This document shows positions 1-11,159 of a stretch of DNA of 64,000 nucleotides, in pieces. The stretch lies in contig OX597814.1 in the NCBI GenBank assembly GCA_951406725.2, forward strand, positions 27,466,001-27,530,000, written 5' to 3'. The first letter of the stretch is position 1. Every line of letters starts with the position of its first letter. Position numbers and translations under genes: made by a program. The notes beneath the pieces are model-generated. The model saw only the letters and a list, made by a program, of their open reading frames with translations, was not told where the DNA came from and made no database searches. Source of the DNA: Octopus vulgaris (Eukaryota).

Positions 1-199
1 AGGGGACAAACAAGGACAGACATAGGTATTAAGTCGATTACATCGACCCCAGTGCGTAACTGGTACTTTAATTTATCGACCCCGAAAGGATGAAAGGCAA
101 AGTCGACCTCGGCGGAATTTGAACTCAGAACGTAACGGCAGACGAAATACCGCAAAGCATTTCGCCCGGCGTGCAAACTATTCTGCCAGCTCGCCGCCT
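1..199 (-). mobile_element. tRNA-derived SINE, family C (Meta-domain-like body), cut by window edge
   Basis: Reverse complement of the copy at 61615-61846: head GGCGGCGAGCTGGCAGAA, B-box-like GAGTTCAAATTCC, body GACTTTGCCTTTCATCCTTTCGGGGTCGATAAATTAAGTACCAG. Other copies at 2505-2727 (+), 52487-52718 (-), 54763-54990 (+). Confidence 0.85.
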
Positions 200-217
200 T
201 TTACACTTACACATATA

Positions 218-568
218 CTCTTTTACTCTTTTACTTGTTTCAGTCATTTGACTGCGGCCATGCTGGAGCACCGCCTTTAGTCGAACAAATCGACCCCAGG
301 ACTTATTATTTGCAAGCCTAGTACTTATTCTATCGGTGTGTTTTGTCGAACCGCTAAGTTACGGGGACGTAAACACACCAGCATCGATGTCAAGCGATGT
401 TGGGGGGGGGGTGTGACAAACATAGATACCCAAACACACACATACTTATATACGGGCTTTTTTCAGTTTCCGTCTACCAAATCCACTCACAAGGCTTTGG
501 TCGGCCCGAGGCTATAGTAGAAGACACTTACCCAAGGTCCCACGCAGTGAACCCGGAACCCGGAACCA
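218..568 (-). mobile_element. SINE family A (internal microsatellite), 5'-truncated
   Basis: Matches the full copies at 2040-2466, 59633-60025 and 61006-61420 (GTGAGTGGATTTGGTAGACGGAAACTGAAA...GCAGTCAAATGACTGAAACAAGTAAAAGAG). Confidence 0.85.
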
Positions 569-600
569 TAGACATGCGTACCCTTAACGTAGTTTTATAT

Positions 601-640
601 CCATCCATCCATCCATCCATCCATCCATCCATCCATCCAT

Positions 641-697
<57 letters not shown>

Positions 698-762
698 TAC
701 ATACATACATACATACATACATACATACATACATACATACATACATACATACATACATACAT
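601..762. repeat. compound microsatellite (CCAT)n(CA)n(CATA)n
   Basis: Directly visible. Confidence 0.98.
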
Positions 763-1377
763 CTCAAAATAAATAGACATCATAATTTTTCGAAGATCTG
801 TTTCTAGAAACAAAATAATGATGTATTTAAATACTTAATCTAGTATTTAGTGGACATACCTTGAGCAGTTTTTAATGGTTTAACCCATTTGGGTATCGTA
901 CGGAAGATTAATGTTCGCAGAGATAAAAAAAAAAAAAAGGGTATAACGATAGGTGTCTATTTACTTTTGTGATGTTAATTTTATTTTCAACTCAGTCATG
1001 CACTGTCCGTCAGAAAACGACTTAAATATTCGTTTACTTTCACCACTACTTATGGAATTTAAAGAAAATGTGACATTTTACACCTGTGCGTTCGTCTTTC
1101 CAGGTAAAGTTATATTTTGGCCTGTGACTTCAATTCTCGTTCAGTTGCAGATTTATTTAAGCCACATTCCTTGGCAACAACACCTGTTAACGTCTTTAAT
1201 TTCATTCCAATGCTATAAACGAACTTTCTTTTAAAATATCTTTTTCTTATTTGTTTTTTTTTTTATACCAGGATATGAAGGTAAAATTGCAAGCGAGAAG
1301 CATCAATCGTCTCAACTATCTACAATGTTTAGAAATTCATACGTTTTAAATTTTAATCCCATTTCAAATTGTATATC

Positions 1378-1704
1378 CATGCCGGTGGCACGTAAAAAGC
1401 ACCATTCAAGCGTGGTCGATGCCAGTACCGCCTGACTGGCCCTTGTGCCGGTGGCACGTAAAAAGCACCATTCAAGCGTAGTCGATGCCAGTACCGCCTG
1501 ACTGGCCCTCGTGTCGGTGGCACGTAAAAAGCACCCATTACTCTCGGAGTGGTTGGCGTTAGGAAGGGCATCCAACTGTAGAAACTTTGCCAGATCGGAT
1601 TGGAGCCAAGTGCAGCTTTCTGACTTGCTAGCTCTCAGTCAAACCGTCCAACCCATGCCAACATGGAAAGCGGACGTTAAACGACGACGACGATGATAAT
1701 GATG
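1378..1704 (+). mobile_element. family D non-autonomous retroelement (RTE-like segment, (GAT)n tail) with ~66-nt internal tandem units
   Basis: GTTGGCGTTAGGAAGGGCATCC...CCCATGCC...GACGTTAAACGACGACGACGATGAT. Further copies near 10200, 11690, 17870, 24292, 27770, 28103, 31000, 38260, 41840, 43520, 50397, 63435. Confidence 0.75.
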
Positions 1705-2039
1705 AAATGTTTCAAACGTATTGTTCTCAGTACAAATGAACCGTTATTTAGTTTACAAAAGTAAAAGGAGAGAAAAAAATAAAATGGGCGAGAAGAAAAG
1801 GATAGACCCTAACATTTTTCTGAGCACATTTTTTCGAGTCGGCCAGTTTTCATTTACTTGCAGAGTTTGCGATATGGCATTTCTTGGAGGCCTGTTACAG
1901 GTGCAATATCGATTTTCTGGATCCATTGGTTCCAAGGCCTTTCCGCATTACTGATGTTTCCGAACTTAGATGGTCACCTAAGTAAACAAATTCTAAATTA
2001 TACAAATACTAAATTCATTTAAATAATTAAGTGAATTAT

Positions 2040-2466
2040 AGGCGCAGGAGTGGCTGCGTGGCAAGTAGCTTGCTAACCAACCACATGGTTGCGGGTTCAG
2101 TCCCACTGCGTGGCATCTTGGGCAAATGTCTTCTGCTATAGCCCCGGGCCGACCAATGCCTTGTGAGTGGATTTGGTAGACGGAAACTGAAAGAAGCCTG
2201 TTGTATATATGTATATATATACAACATATATATATATATATGTATGTGTGTGTGTATATGTTTGTGTGTCTGTGTTTGTCCCCCTAGCATTGCTTGACAA
2301 CCGATGCTGGTGTATTTACGTCCCCGTCACTTAGCGGTTCGGCAAAAAGAGACCGATAGAATAAGTACTGGGCTTACAAAAAGAATAAGTCCCGGGGTCG
2401 ATTTGATCGACGAAAGGCGATGCTCCAGCATGGCCGCAGTCAAATGACTGAAACAAGTAAAAGAGT
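2040..2466 (+). mobile_element. full-length SINE family A
   Basis: tRNA-like head (GGCGCAGGAGTGGCTGCGTGG...GGTTCAGTCCC), internal (TA)n(TG)n tract, 3' end AAACAAGTAAAAGAG. Confidence 0.88.
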
Positions 2467-2762
2467 ATAGGTGTCTGTACATTAATATAAATGATTTCAA
2501 CTTTAAGTCGACAAGCTGACAAAATCGTCAACTGGGTAAAATGCTTAGCGGCGTTTCGTCCGTCTTTGCGTTCTGAGCTCAAATGCTGCCGAAGTCGATT
2601 TCGTCTTTTTTTCCTTTCGGGGGTGGGGTCGATAAAATAAGTACCAGTTAAGTACTGGAGTCGTTGTAATCGACTTACACTCTTCCTCAAAAGTGCTGGC
2701 CATATGTCAAAATTTGTAACCAATATAAATAATACGAATTTATTTATACTGTACTGTGTAAC

Positions 2763-3092
2763 CGTGGACATATTTACAAAGTAAGAAGACAGCACAGCTC
2801 CCATGACTTCAGGAAACATTTTTTCACGCTGAGAGTTGGTGAAGCATGGAACAAACTGCCGGCATCAGTTGTTAGTTGTCGGAGCACTGCATCCTTCAAA
2901 ACTTCCATGCTTCCTGAGATTCGCCAACACTACACTTGATTTTCTCCCCTCCATGCACACACAAGCATGTATCTGACTCATACATTGTTCGCTTTCCAGA
3001 CATTTCTACATTACTGCATATGCTTTATATGCACTTTCTGACAAGTTGTGGTGCACCTGAGCACTGTATACAATAATTTCATTATTATTATA
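2763..3092 (+). mobile_element. 5'-truncated CR1-group LINE 3' end (sister subfamily)
   Basis: Encodes an RT C-terminus (HSSHDFRKHFFTLRVGEAWNKLPASVV) and ends GTGCACCTGAGCACTGTATACAAT plus (ATT)n. Confidence 0.9.
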
Positions 3093-3446
3093 TAGTCTGG
3101 CGGCTGCAGGAATTTGAAGTTTCTGTTCGTAAATGAATGCGGATTATAAGAGGTTCCGGACCATCAGTGTCCGGAATGTCGATGTTGTACCTGTATAAGT
3201 TTCGTTCTCCCATATTAATCTAGCAATGTCATTTTAATCTCTCCTCAATTTCTCATCATTTGAAAAAAAAAATTACGAAATCTAATGTAGAATCGAAATG
3301 ATTGTTTGAAGAATAATTGTTGCGTTGTTTCTCTGAAGATGTCAATGTATTTACCTTATTTATTTGAATGTTTATCAAATTCTAGTTGTTATTATATATC
3401 TCTCAGGTCAGGTCGGATTGAGCAGACCAATACTTGTGATCAGTCT

Positions 3447-3649
3447 AGGTACAAGTGTGTCTGTATGGTAAGACGCTTGCTTTCCCAATCATATAGTTCC
3501 GGGTTCAGTTCTACTGCGTGGGCACCTTGGGCAAGCGAATTCTACTATAGTCTCGGGCTGACTAAAGCCTTGTGAGTGGAGTTGGTAGACGGAAACTGAA
3601 AGAAGCTCGTCATTATATGTGTGTGTGTGTATATCTATATATATATATA
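3447..3649 (+). mobile_element. SINE family A, 5' half (interrupted in its microsatellite)
   Basis: Head and body run up to the (TG)n(TA)n tract; the matching 3' half resumes at 7105-7298. Confidence 0.8.
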
Positions 3650-3917
3650 GCCCAGGCTTACCGTCCGATGTACGTCCGAAGCTACGTGTAGTGGCTTCCC
3701 TGAATAGGAACTCAGCTCTACAGGAAAGCTTCAGTCTTCGGGAAGATGGACAAATCTGGAGATTTGTCAAGACTGCTGAAACGTGGAAGAGAGATACCAG
3801 CTGGTCTGAGTGCTCTCTACCCACAATAACTAAAAAGACTACAGCAACTCAGGGAAACTAAGCCAGAACAACCTGCCGTCCTCTACACACCATCATAAAC
3901 TGCGAGCAGGGTACAAA

Positions 3918-4755
3918 TTGTTGTCCTTAAATGCTCGCAGTTTATGCAACAAAATACATTTGTTCAACGCCTACGTCAGAAGTGTTGACCCTGACTTCAT
4001 CACTGTCACGGAAACATGGGCGCATTCCTTACTCTGTGATGGGGTTTTCAACATTACGGGGTACAACCTCTTCCGTAAGGACCGCACTAACCGCCGTGGT
4101 GGTGGTGTGATGGTCTACGTTCGTTCAAATTTTTTGGTAATTCCTTGTGCCGATTTGAACGAATCACAAGAAGAAGTTTTTTTCTGTGACGTGCGTATGA
4201 CCATGTCAACACTCCTGCTTGGCGTTGTTTATCGTCCCCCAAGTTACCATCGGGACACACAGCTTTGCAATGTCCTCCGAGCTGCTGCCAGGAAAACAGC
4301 CACTTATGTGTTTATTGCAGGCGATTTCAATCATCCTGAGATCGATTGGGAGACCTTCCATTGGCCACAGAGTGCAAACGATTTTGTTGAGCTTGTGCTG
4401 GACTCAAACTGGTCACAAGTAGTCACCTCTCCAACAAGAGGCGACAACACCTTGGACCTGCTCTTCACCACAACTCCTGAAGCAGTTATCAATTGCACTA
4501 CGGAGGAACCTCTAGGTGACTCTGATCATGCTATGATCATCGCCAATCTGGCTCTTGCGGGCAACAAAAACCTGAACCATCTCCAATCTGCTTCCTTCGA
4601 TTGGAAGAGAGCAGATTGGAACCTGTACCACACTGAACTACAGCACCCAAACTGGCGTGAATTCTACAACTCTGGAGATGTGAATACTATACTCCAGAGT
4701 ATCCTGGACTCAATATGGGCAGCATGTGCAGCATCAGTGCCACGTAAACAAAAAA
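3918..4755 (+). CDS. LINE ORF2 N-terminal apurinic-like endonuclease domain
   Basis: Motifs LNARS, VTETW, RGGGV, VYRPP, AGDFN, TLDLLF, DSDH. Homology switches to the -1 frame at the A-run near 4750-4755. Confidence 0.93.
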
Positions 4756-6679
4756 GAAGAACCGCCCCAAAAGGGCAATTTGGGAAACTTCAGCGGTCCG
4801 ACTTGCCAGGAGGGAACGTCGGACTGCTGAACGGGAATACAGGTTGCATAAATCAGACACCAACAGGAAGAAGCGGAATAAATCCTCCAACCATCTCAAG
4901 CAAGTGACAAAAAAAGCAGTGCTTGAATTTGAACAGTGCATAGCAGCCAATCCTGACAGCAAGGTTTTCTGGAAATATGTGCACTCAAAGCAGAGACCTC
5001 ACTCTCCAGTGGGCCCTCTTCGCAACCCTCACACAAACCAGATCACTGACGACCCCAAGGAATGCGCAGAACTCATTGCCGAGTGCTATGCAAACATATT
5101 CACTGTTGAAAGTCAAAATGTACCATCTTCACCATCACTAACAGCAAACTCCATAACAACTATGGAATTTACACCTGCAATGCTGCGACGTCACCTTCAA
5201 AATAAGCACAACTATGCCTCCCCTGGTCTCGATGGAGTTACATACCTGCTTCTCAAACGTGGCAGGCACTTCCTTTTACACCAGCTTTCTATTTTCTTCC
5301 AGTACTGTCTCAACAATGGTGCTACTCCGGAGCAGTGGAAAACTGCCAGTGTCATTCCTCTGTTCAAAAAGGGCGACCGCACATCACCTGTCAACTATCG
5401 CCCAGTCAGTCTCACTAGCTGTATTGCAAAACTGATGGAATCGTGTGTCAGAGAAACACTCTGGAACTTCTGGAGCTCTCACAGTCTCATCCGACCCTCA
5501 CAATATGGATTTGTCCCTAACTCCAGCTGCAGTGACCAGCTTGTCGAGTTCCTTGAGGACATTACTCAGATTACTGACAGTGGCTCATGGGTGGATGTTG
5601 TCTACCTTGACTTTGCTAAGGCTTTCAACTCTGTGCCACACAAAAGGCTTATGGTGAAACTCTCTGCAATGGGTGTGGGGAATGACCTTTTTAACTGGTT
5701 GAAATCCTTCATCCTCAGCCGAAAGGAGGTAGTCACAGTTCTAGGACAGCACTCTACACCATATGAGATGTCATCGGGTGTACCACAGGGATCTGTCCTT
5801 GGTCCCCTCTTGTTTGTGGCATACATTAACGACATAGATGCCAATTTAAAGAATGCCACAGTATTGAAATATGCAGACGACATCAAGCTGTACCTTGAAA
5901 TCAAGAGGACAGATCCTGATGTCTACAACTCTTTCCTGCAATCAGACCTAGACACAATGCAGCAATGGATCACAGACTGGCAACTGAAACTGGCTGTGGA
6001 CAAGTGTACCACCATGCATTTTGGGAGAAAAAACCCTGCGTTCACATACTCCCTCCACAACACTGATATCAAGAAATCCTCTTGTGAGCGTGACCTAGGC
6101 ATCACTGTCAGCAGTGATTTGCGTTGGTCAAAGCATATCTCTAAGATTGTCAGGAAGGCCGAGGGTGTCTTGGCATCACTCAGCAGGTCTTTTGTTAGCC
6201 GCTCTCCAGCCATCTATTTAAAACTGTATACAGCTATGGTACGACCACACTTGGAATTCGCATCATCAGTTTGGAACCCCTATCTTGCACAGAACATTGA
6301 CCTCCTGGAATCTGTCCAGAGACGTGCAACCAAACGCATACCCTCCATCAGACACCTACCATATTCTGAGCGCCTTGTTTCCCTGGGCATGGATTCACTG
6401 AAGCTCCGGCGTTTGGCGACGGACTTGGTAAACACCCACAAAGTTATCAACCACCTCACCAACAACACTGAACACCTTTTTGATCTCCATGTGTCTAACA
6501 CACGTGGACATGCCTACAAAGTCAGAAAACAATACAGCTCCCATGACTTTCGGAAACATTTTTTCACGCTCAGAATTGCTGAAGCATGGAATAAACTGCC
6601 TGCGTCAGTTGTTGACTGCCATGACACTGCATCTTTTAAGGCCCTCATGCTTTCCGAAATCCGCCGAAACTACACCTGA
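4754..6679 (+). CDS. LINE ORF2 reverse transcriptase and C-terminus (second frame)
   Basis: NYRPVSLTS, YLDFAKAFNSV, GVPQGSVLGP, YADD, CR1-like RPHLEFASSVWNP and TRGH..FF..WNKLP. The frame is open upstream of 4844 (KKNRPKRAIWETSAVRLARRERR). Confidence 0.95.
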   Translation, partial: KKNRPKRAIWETSAVRLARRERRTAEREYRLHKSDTNRKKRNKSSNHLKQVTKKAVLEFEQCIAANPDSKVFWKYVHSKQRPHSPVGPLRNPHTNQITDDPKECAELIAECYANIFTVESQNVPSSPSLTANSITTMEFTPAMLRRHLQNKHNYASPGLDGVTYLLLKRGRHFLLHQLSIFFQYCLNNGATPEQWKTASVIPLFKKGDRTSPVNYRPVSLTSCIAKLMESCVRETLWNFWSSHSLIRPSQYGFVPNSSCSDQLVEFLEDITQITDSGSWVDVVYLDFAKAFNSVPHKRLMVKLSAMGVGNDLFNWLKSFILSRKEVVTVLGQHSTPYEMSSGVPQGSVLGPLLFVAYINDIDANLKNATVLKYADDIKLYLEIKRTDPDVYNSFLQSDLDTMQQWITDWQLKLAVDKCTTMHFGRKNPAFTYSLHNTDIKKSSCERDLGITVSSDLRWSKHISKIVRKAEGVLASLSRSFVSRSPAIYLKLYTAMVRPHLEFASSVWNPYLAQNIDLLESVQRRATKRIPSIRHLPYSERLVSLGMDSLKLRRLATDLVNTHKVINHLTNNTEHLFDLHVSNTRGHAYKVRKQYSSHDFRKHFFTLRIAEAWNKLPASVVDCHDTASFKALMLSEIRRNYT

Positions 6680-6770
6680 TTATATATACACTTTAGATGA
6701 GTTGTAGTGCACCTGAGCACTGTACACAATTATTATTATTATTATTATATATATATGTGTGTGTGTGTGT

Positions 6771-7042
6771 GGAGGCGCAATGGCCTAGTGGTTAGGGCAG
6801 CGAACTCGCGGTCGTAGGATTGCGGTTTCGATTCCCAGACCGGGCGTTGTGTGTGTTTATTGAGCGAAAACACCTTAAAGCTCCACGAGGCTCCGGCAGG
6901 GGGTGGTGATCCCTGCTGTACTCTCACTCTTTCTTCTGTCGGCCTGGTCGCTTAACCAGCGGGGTGGCTTCATTCGAAGGCTAAAACAATGCGAACGCAT
7001 TGTGACCAGCGATGTGTAGCAACATCTGATGGTCTGGTCGGT

Positions 7043-7050
<8 letters not shown>
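6771..7050 (+). mobile_element. tRNA-derived SINE (head A, tail T3)
   Basis: A box TGGCCTAGTGG and B-box-like TTTCGATTCC; same head as the copy at 40279-40667 but a different tail. Confidence 0.85.
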
Positions 7051-7104
<54 letters not shown>

Positions 7105-7109
<5 letters not shown>

Positions 7110-7298
7110 TGTGTCTGTCCCACGCCACCGCTTTACAACTTATGTTGGTGTGTTTACGTCTCCGCAAAAAGAGATCGATAAAATAAGTACCGGGCATTAA
7201 AAAATACAAGTCCTGGAGTCGATTTGTTCGACTAAAACCCTTCAAAGCGATGCCCCAGCATGGCCACAGTCAAATGACTGAAACAAGTAAAAGATAAG
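7105..7298 (+). mobile_element. SINE family A, 3' half
   Basis: Continues the element broken at 3649; ends CAAATGACTGAAACAAGTAAAAGA. Confidence 0.8.
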
Positions 7299-10165
7299 TC
7301 ATTCCAAACATGATCATCTTATCTTCTGTTAGTGATGTGTGTTAGGGATAGGAGTCATAGTGTGTCTATGAAGGCATTAATAAAATACATTCTTTCCTTT
7401 TTTAAGGTTGTGTTAGGAGGAGGAAATTTCGGTTGCTGTTTCTAGCGACAACATAGCCAGTCCTTTTTGTCGTTAGATTAATTAGCAACTAAATACTTTA
7501 CTCCAATTGCTAGTGGAGGTAACTGAAAGTATTGTAAACATTGCAGAACAGTATTTCCCAGGCTTTCCCAGATAGTCTGTGATAAACAAAATTTGCTCTT
7601 AAAAGTTATGTCCCTTGCACCGTTCAGTGGGAAAACGACTAAGTCGTTTCCACTGGACCAGCGGTTTTGAAACAGACGAAGTATAACAAAAATTGAAGGT
7701 ATCCCCTACAAATTATGAATTAAAGTTTGGATCAATACAACTCTTATTTTTTCGATATAGTTTTGAATAAGATTCAAAAGTTTAAAACCATCTTTATTTC
7801 ATTAAGCACAGCAATTTATCTGTTTCCTTTAAATATTACCATCCCTCGACCAGCCTTATGAGGAACACTGTTAGGAGACATTTAATCAGAGTTGGATTCA
7901 GAGAATTGCCTTTCTGCAAATAAGAATTGAGAAAGTGTTTTGTGTAGGGTTTAGAAGATGGGACAAAGTGGGAATGATAACAGGTGGCAAGAAAAGTAGT
8001 TCAGCTAAGTATGGATTTAGTGTTTTTTAAATATAGTAGGGTGTGAATTGAGGTAGATTTAGTTGCTATTTCTAGCCGATTGAGTGACCATGTAGAAATA
8101 TCCTCATTGGGTTGGTATCATCCGATGATGTGGATTAGCATTTGAAGTAAGTTTAAAGGTTTTAGCTGTTTTTTTCTTCTTCTTTTTACTTGTTGAGCCT
8201 GGAAGAAGAGGCTGGTAACCATGGCCTTCACAGGGCCTCAAAGACCAGTAACACTGACACCATACATGTTCCTCCTAAACATTTGCTATTAACACTTGTG
8301 GAAAAGACATCAGCACTGAAGGGAATTTCAGAAGGTCAATATTCTGAGAATGAAAGATATGGCATATTGACTACTGTAGGGCCTAGAGGGATTGAGTGAA
8401 GATGGCATAAGCCTAGTCAGGAAGAAAGACTGCTATAGTATCATGAGAAAAGGCAAAGAGAAGACAGTGTGTTTATGGGCAAGAAGCTGAAGTGGGTCTA
8501 TGAGTGATTTATGCTGGTCAGTCAGATGACCCCTTTCTGGTTGCAGTGTGGGGTATCTGTGTGTGCAACGTCTACACTGTTCCTAGGGGTGAGCAATAAT
8601 CCATGTATTCGTGCATGTTCGTCAATGAATAGACTTTAGTATTGCAAGATTATTTCTTTGGTATTTGTGATGACTATATTTATCTGCAGTTAAAGCAGAC
8701 TAAATGATCATGTCTCTCTACTGGAACGTTTTCAATGTCTCTATTCATAGAACTAGTCTGGCAGTGCCTAGATTGCATGGAAGTGTTGCCTGTTTATAGA
8801 AATTGAGAAGTGAGGACAAGGTGAATTTTTTTGAAAGACATTTTCTGTGTAATGGATAACTTGTTTACCTGCCAAATCAGCTATTTATTGTTTTATTCAG
8901 TCAATAACATATGTTTGTTGGTATTTATGTTTGTGTATTGGCAAATCAGAAAAATTATTTTATTGTTTGTCTATATTGTATTTATTTTTATATACATTAC
9001 CCAGATATATAAACACAGATGTGGTGCAATAAATATTTTTTATGTTCAATAATAACAAGAGCAGTGCATTGGAAAAATCATTAAAGTGTTGGATAAAATG
9101 TTGTACAGAATTTGTTCTACCTCTTTATGCTCTGAGTTCAAATCTCCACAAAGTCACTTTTAGTTCTCACCCTTTTAGTTTCAAATACTGTGGTCTATTT
9201 CAGTGACTAACCCCTCCCACCCAAATTTGTGGCCTTGTGTCTATGTTAGAAACAGTTAATAATTATAATTCTTTCTATTATAGGCATGAGGCCTGAAATT
9301 TAATGGGTAGGGGCTAATTGTTAACATCAAGCCAATTCTCACCTAGTACTTAATTTATTAACCTCAGGATGAAATGCAGAGTTGACCTTGGTGACATTTG
9401 AACCTAGATCATGAAACTGGAACGTCCAGCACAGTAATGATTATCAATAACAATAAAAATGAAGATTGAACCTGACAAGATACAAGATAAATTCTTAAAA
9501 GGGAAGAAGTATAGTTGTTGGGAATTAATCTCAGTATATTATACTGCTGCTTACTTTATCAAACCAGAAAATATGATGAGAATAGTCACCCCCAAAGAGT
9601 TTTGAATCAAAACATACAGAGACACGATTAAAGTACTCAAATACATTTTGTCTAGTGCTCTCTCCTCTCTCAGCTGGCTCACTAACCATATAATGTAATA
9701 TCATGAATATTAGAAATAAAATTTCCTATACAGCATCTTTATATTACTTTGTTTCTTTTCATTTCATCATGTAGTCTACCAGTTTCTGACACCATTAAAT
9801 AGAATAAAAATAAATACATACATAAATGAAAGAAGAATTTCCTACTTATTTTGATTTAATATTTCCTTACTTCTTTCTCTTTCTATTTATTTTCATATTT
9901 TCTCTTGACAGGGTATGGCAAGAAATTTCAGTGATGCATGTCTGACATCTAGCACAAAATGTTATTGTTCAATGCTGCTGGTTTATTTTGGATCATTTCT
10001 TAGGAAAATGACGTTTGCTTGTTAATTCTATCGCTTCTTCTTTTTAACTTTTACAACAACACCTTATGTTGTTCATTTACATTTATAATGGTAATAATTT
10101 CTGGTAGTGCTTGATTGGAGAATAGTTAAAAGTTCCTGGTGTGACTGATAGCAATACTTTTCAGT

Positions 10166-10201
<36 letters not shown>

Positions 10202-10550
10202 ATCACCACCACCACCACTTAACGTCCATTTCCCATGCTGGCATGGGTTAGATGGTTTGACTAGAGCTGGCAGGCTGGAGAGCTGCACCAGAATCCTGTT
10301 GTCTGTTCTGGTTTCTATGGCTGGATGCCCTTATGTAATGCCAACCAATTTACAGAATGTACTAGGTGCTTTTTTTGTGGCACCAACACGGGTGCTTTTT
10401 ATGTGACACCAGCACCAGCAGGGTCATTAAGTAACTTGTAAGACAAAGACCTCTTAGTTGAGAGAGAGAGTAAAATTGTGGGAAGTGGCTGTGTGCCAGA
10501 TGAGAGGTTTGAGTATGATAGGACAGAGATAGTTGTCTCACTATAGAGAT

Positions 10551-10843
10551 GTTTGTTCCTACAGAGCCATGCCTGGCTCATAGGGCTGGTTTCCTTGGTG
10601 TATAGGTTCCCTACATAGACGGGATGCTGGTTTGTTGCAGGTGAGCTGCAAGATGCAGGAGGAAAGAGTGAGAGAAAGTTGTAGCGAAAGAGTCAGCAGA
10701 AGTTTACCATTACCTTCTCCCGGAGCCGTGTGGAGCTTAGGTATTTTGCTCATAAACACACATATCGCCCAGTCTGAGATTTGAACCTGCAATCCCTTGA
10801 CCGTGAGTCCGCTGCTCTAACCACTGGGCCATGTGCCTCCACT
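10551..10843 (-). mobile_element. tRNA-derived SINE (head A variant, tail T4) with 11-bp TSD
   Basis: TSD ACTATAGAGAT at 10540-10550 and 10844-10854; tRNA-like head on the minus strand. Confidence 0.85.
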
Positions 10844-10854
10844 ACTATAGAGAT

Positions 10855-11027
10855 ACAGTTCTATATTTAAGAGATGAGGAATTATGTACATTATTTACAT
10901 TTGATGGATATTTGTCCTCATCTTGTTTGTTGTTAGCACACTGTTTTGGCTGATATACTCTCCAGCCTTCATCAGGTGTCTTGTAGAAATTTTGAACCTG
11001 GGTTCTCATTCCTAAGGTATTTTACAA

Positions 11028-11065
<38 letters not shown>

Positions 11066-11159
11066 CCACTGCCTGGAATTGAACTCGGAATCTTGGGGTT
11101 AGTAGCCTGCACTCTTAACCATTATGCCTTAGGCCCACGGGCATATGGTAAATAATGTA
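10855..11159 (-). mobile_element. tRNA-headed hammerhead-bearing element (degenerate copy)
   Basis: Same family as 34286-34812. Minus-strand CTGATGA at 10975-10969, stem GGCTG/CAGCC, GAAA mutated to AAAA. Ends in the quasi-palindromic junction ...GCCCACGGGCATATGG. Confidence 0.8.

Larger units (their letters stand above)
3650..6747 (+). mobile_element. CR1-group (Jockey superclade) LINE, 5'-truncated in probable ORF1, near-intact ORF2
   Basis: Open frame ending ...TQGN* at 3861 (probable ORF1 end), then APE endonuclease and RT, short 3' UTR and (ATT)n tail. Flanked by (AT)n on both sides. Confidence 0.93.

Noticed and set aside
397-813. ORFs of 72-136 aa
   Set aside because: Translations of SINE and microsatellite sequence; the same applies to most short ORFs in the track.
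1753-1935. PHD-finger-like RYCTCNRP ORF
   Set aside because: The remaining Cys/His ligands are absent and there is a stop just upstream in that frame.
4746-4760. Programmed -1 frameshift site
   Set aside because: The zero-frame codons CAA AAA AGA do not form X XXY YYZ, and LINE ORF2 is normally continuous.
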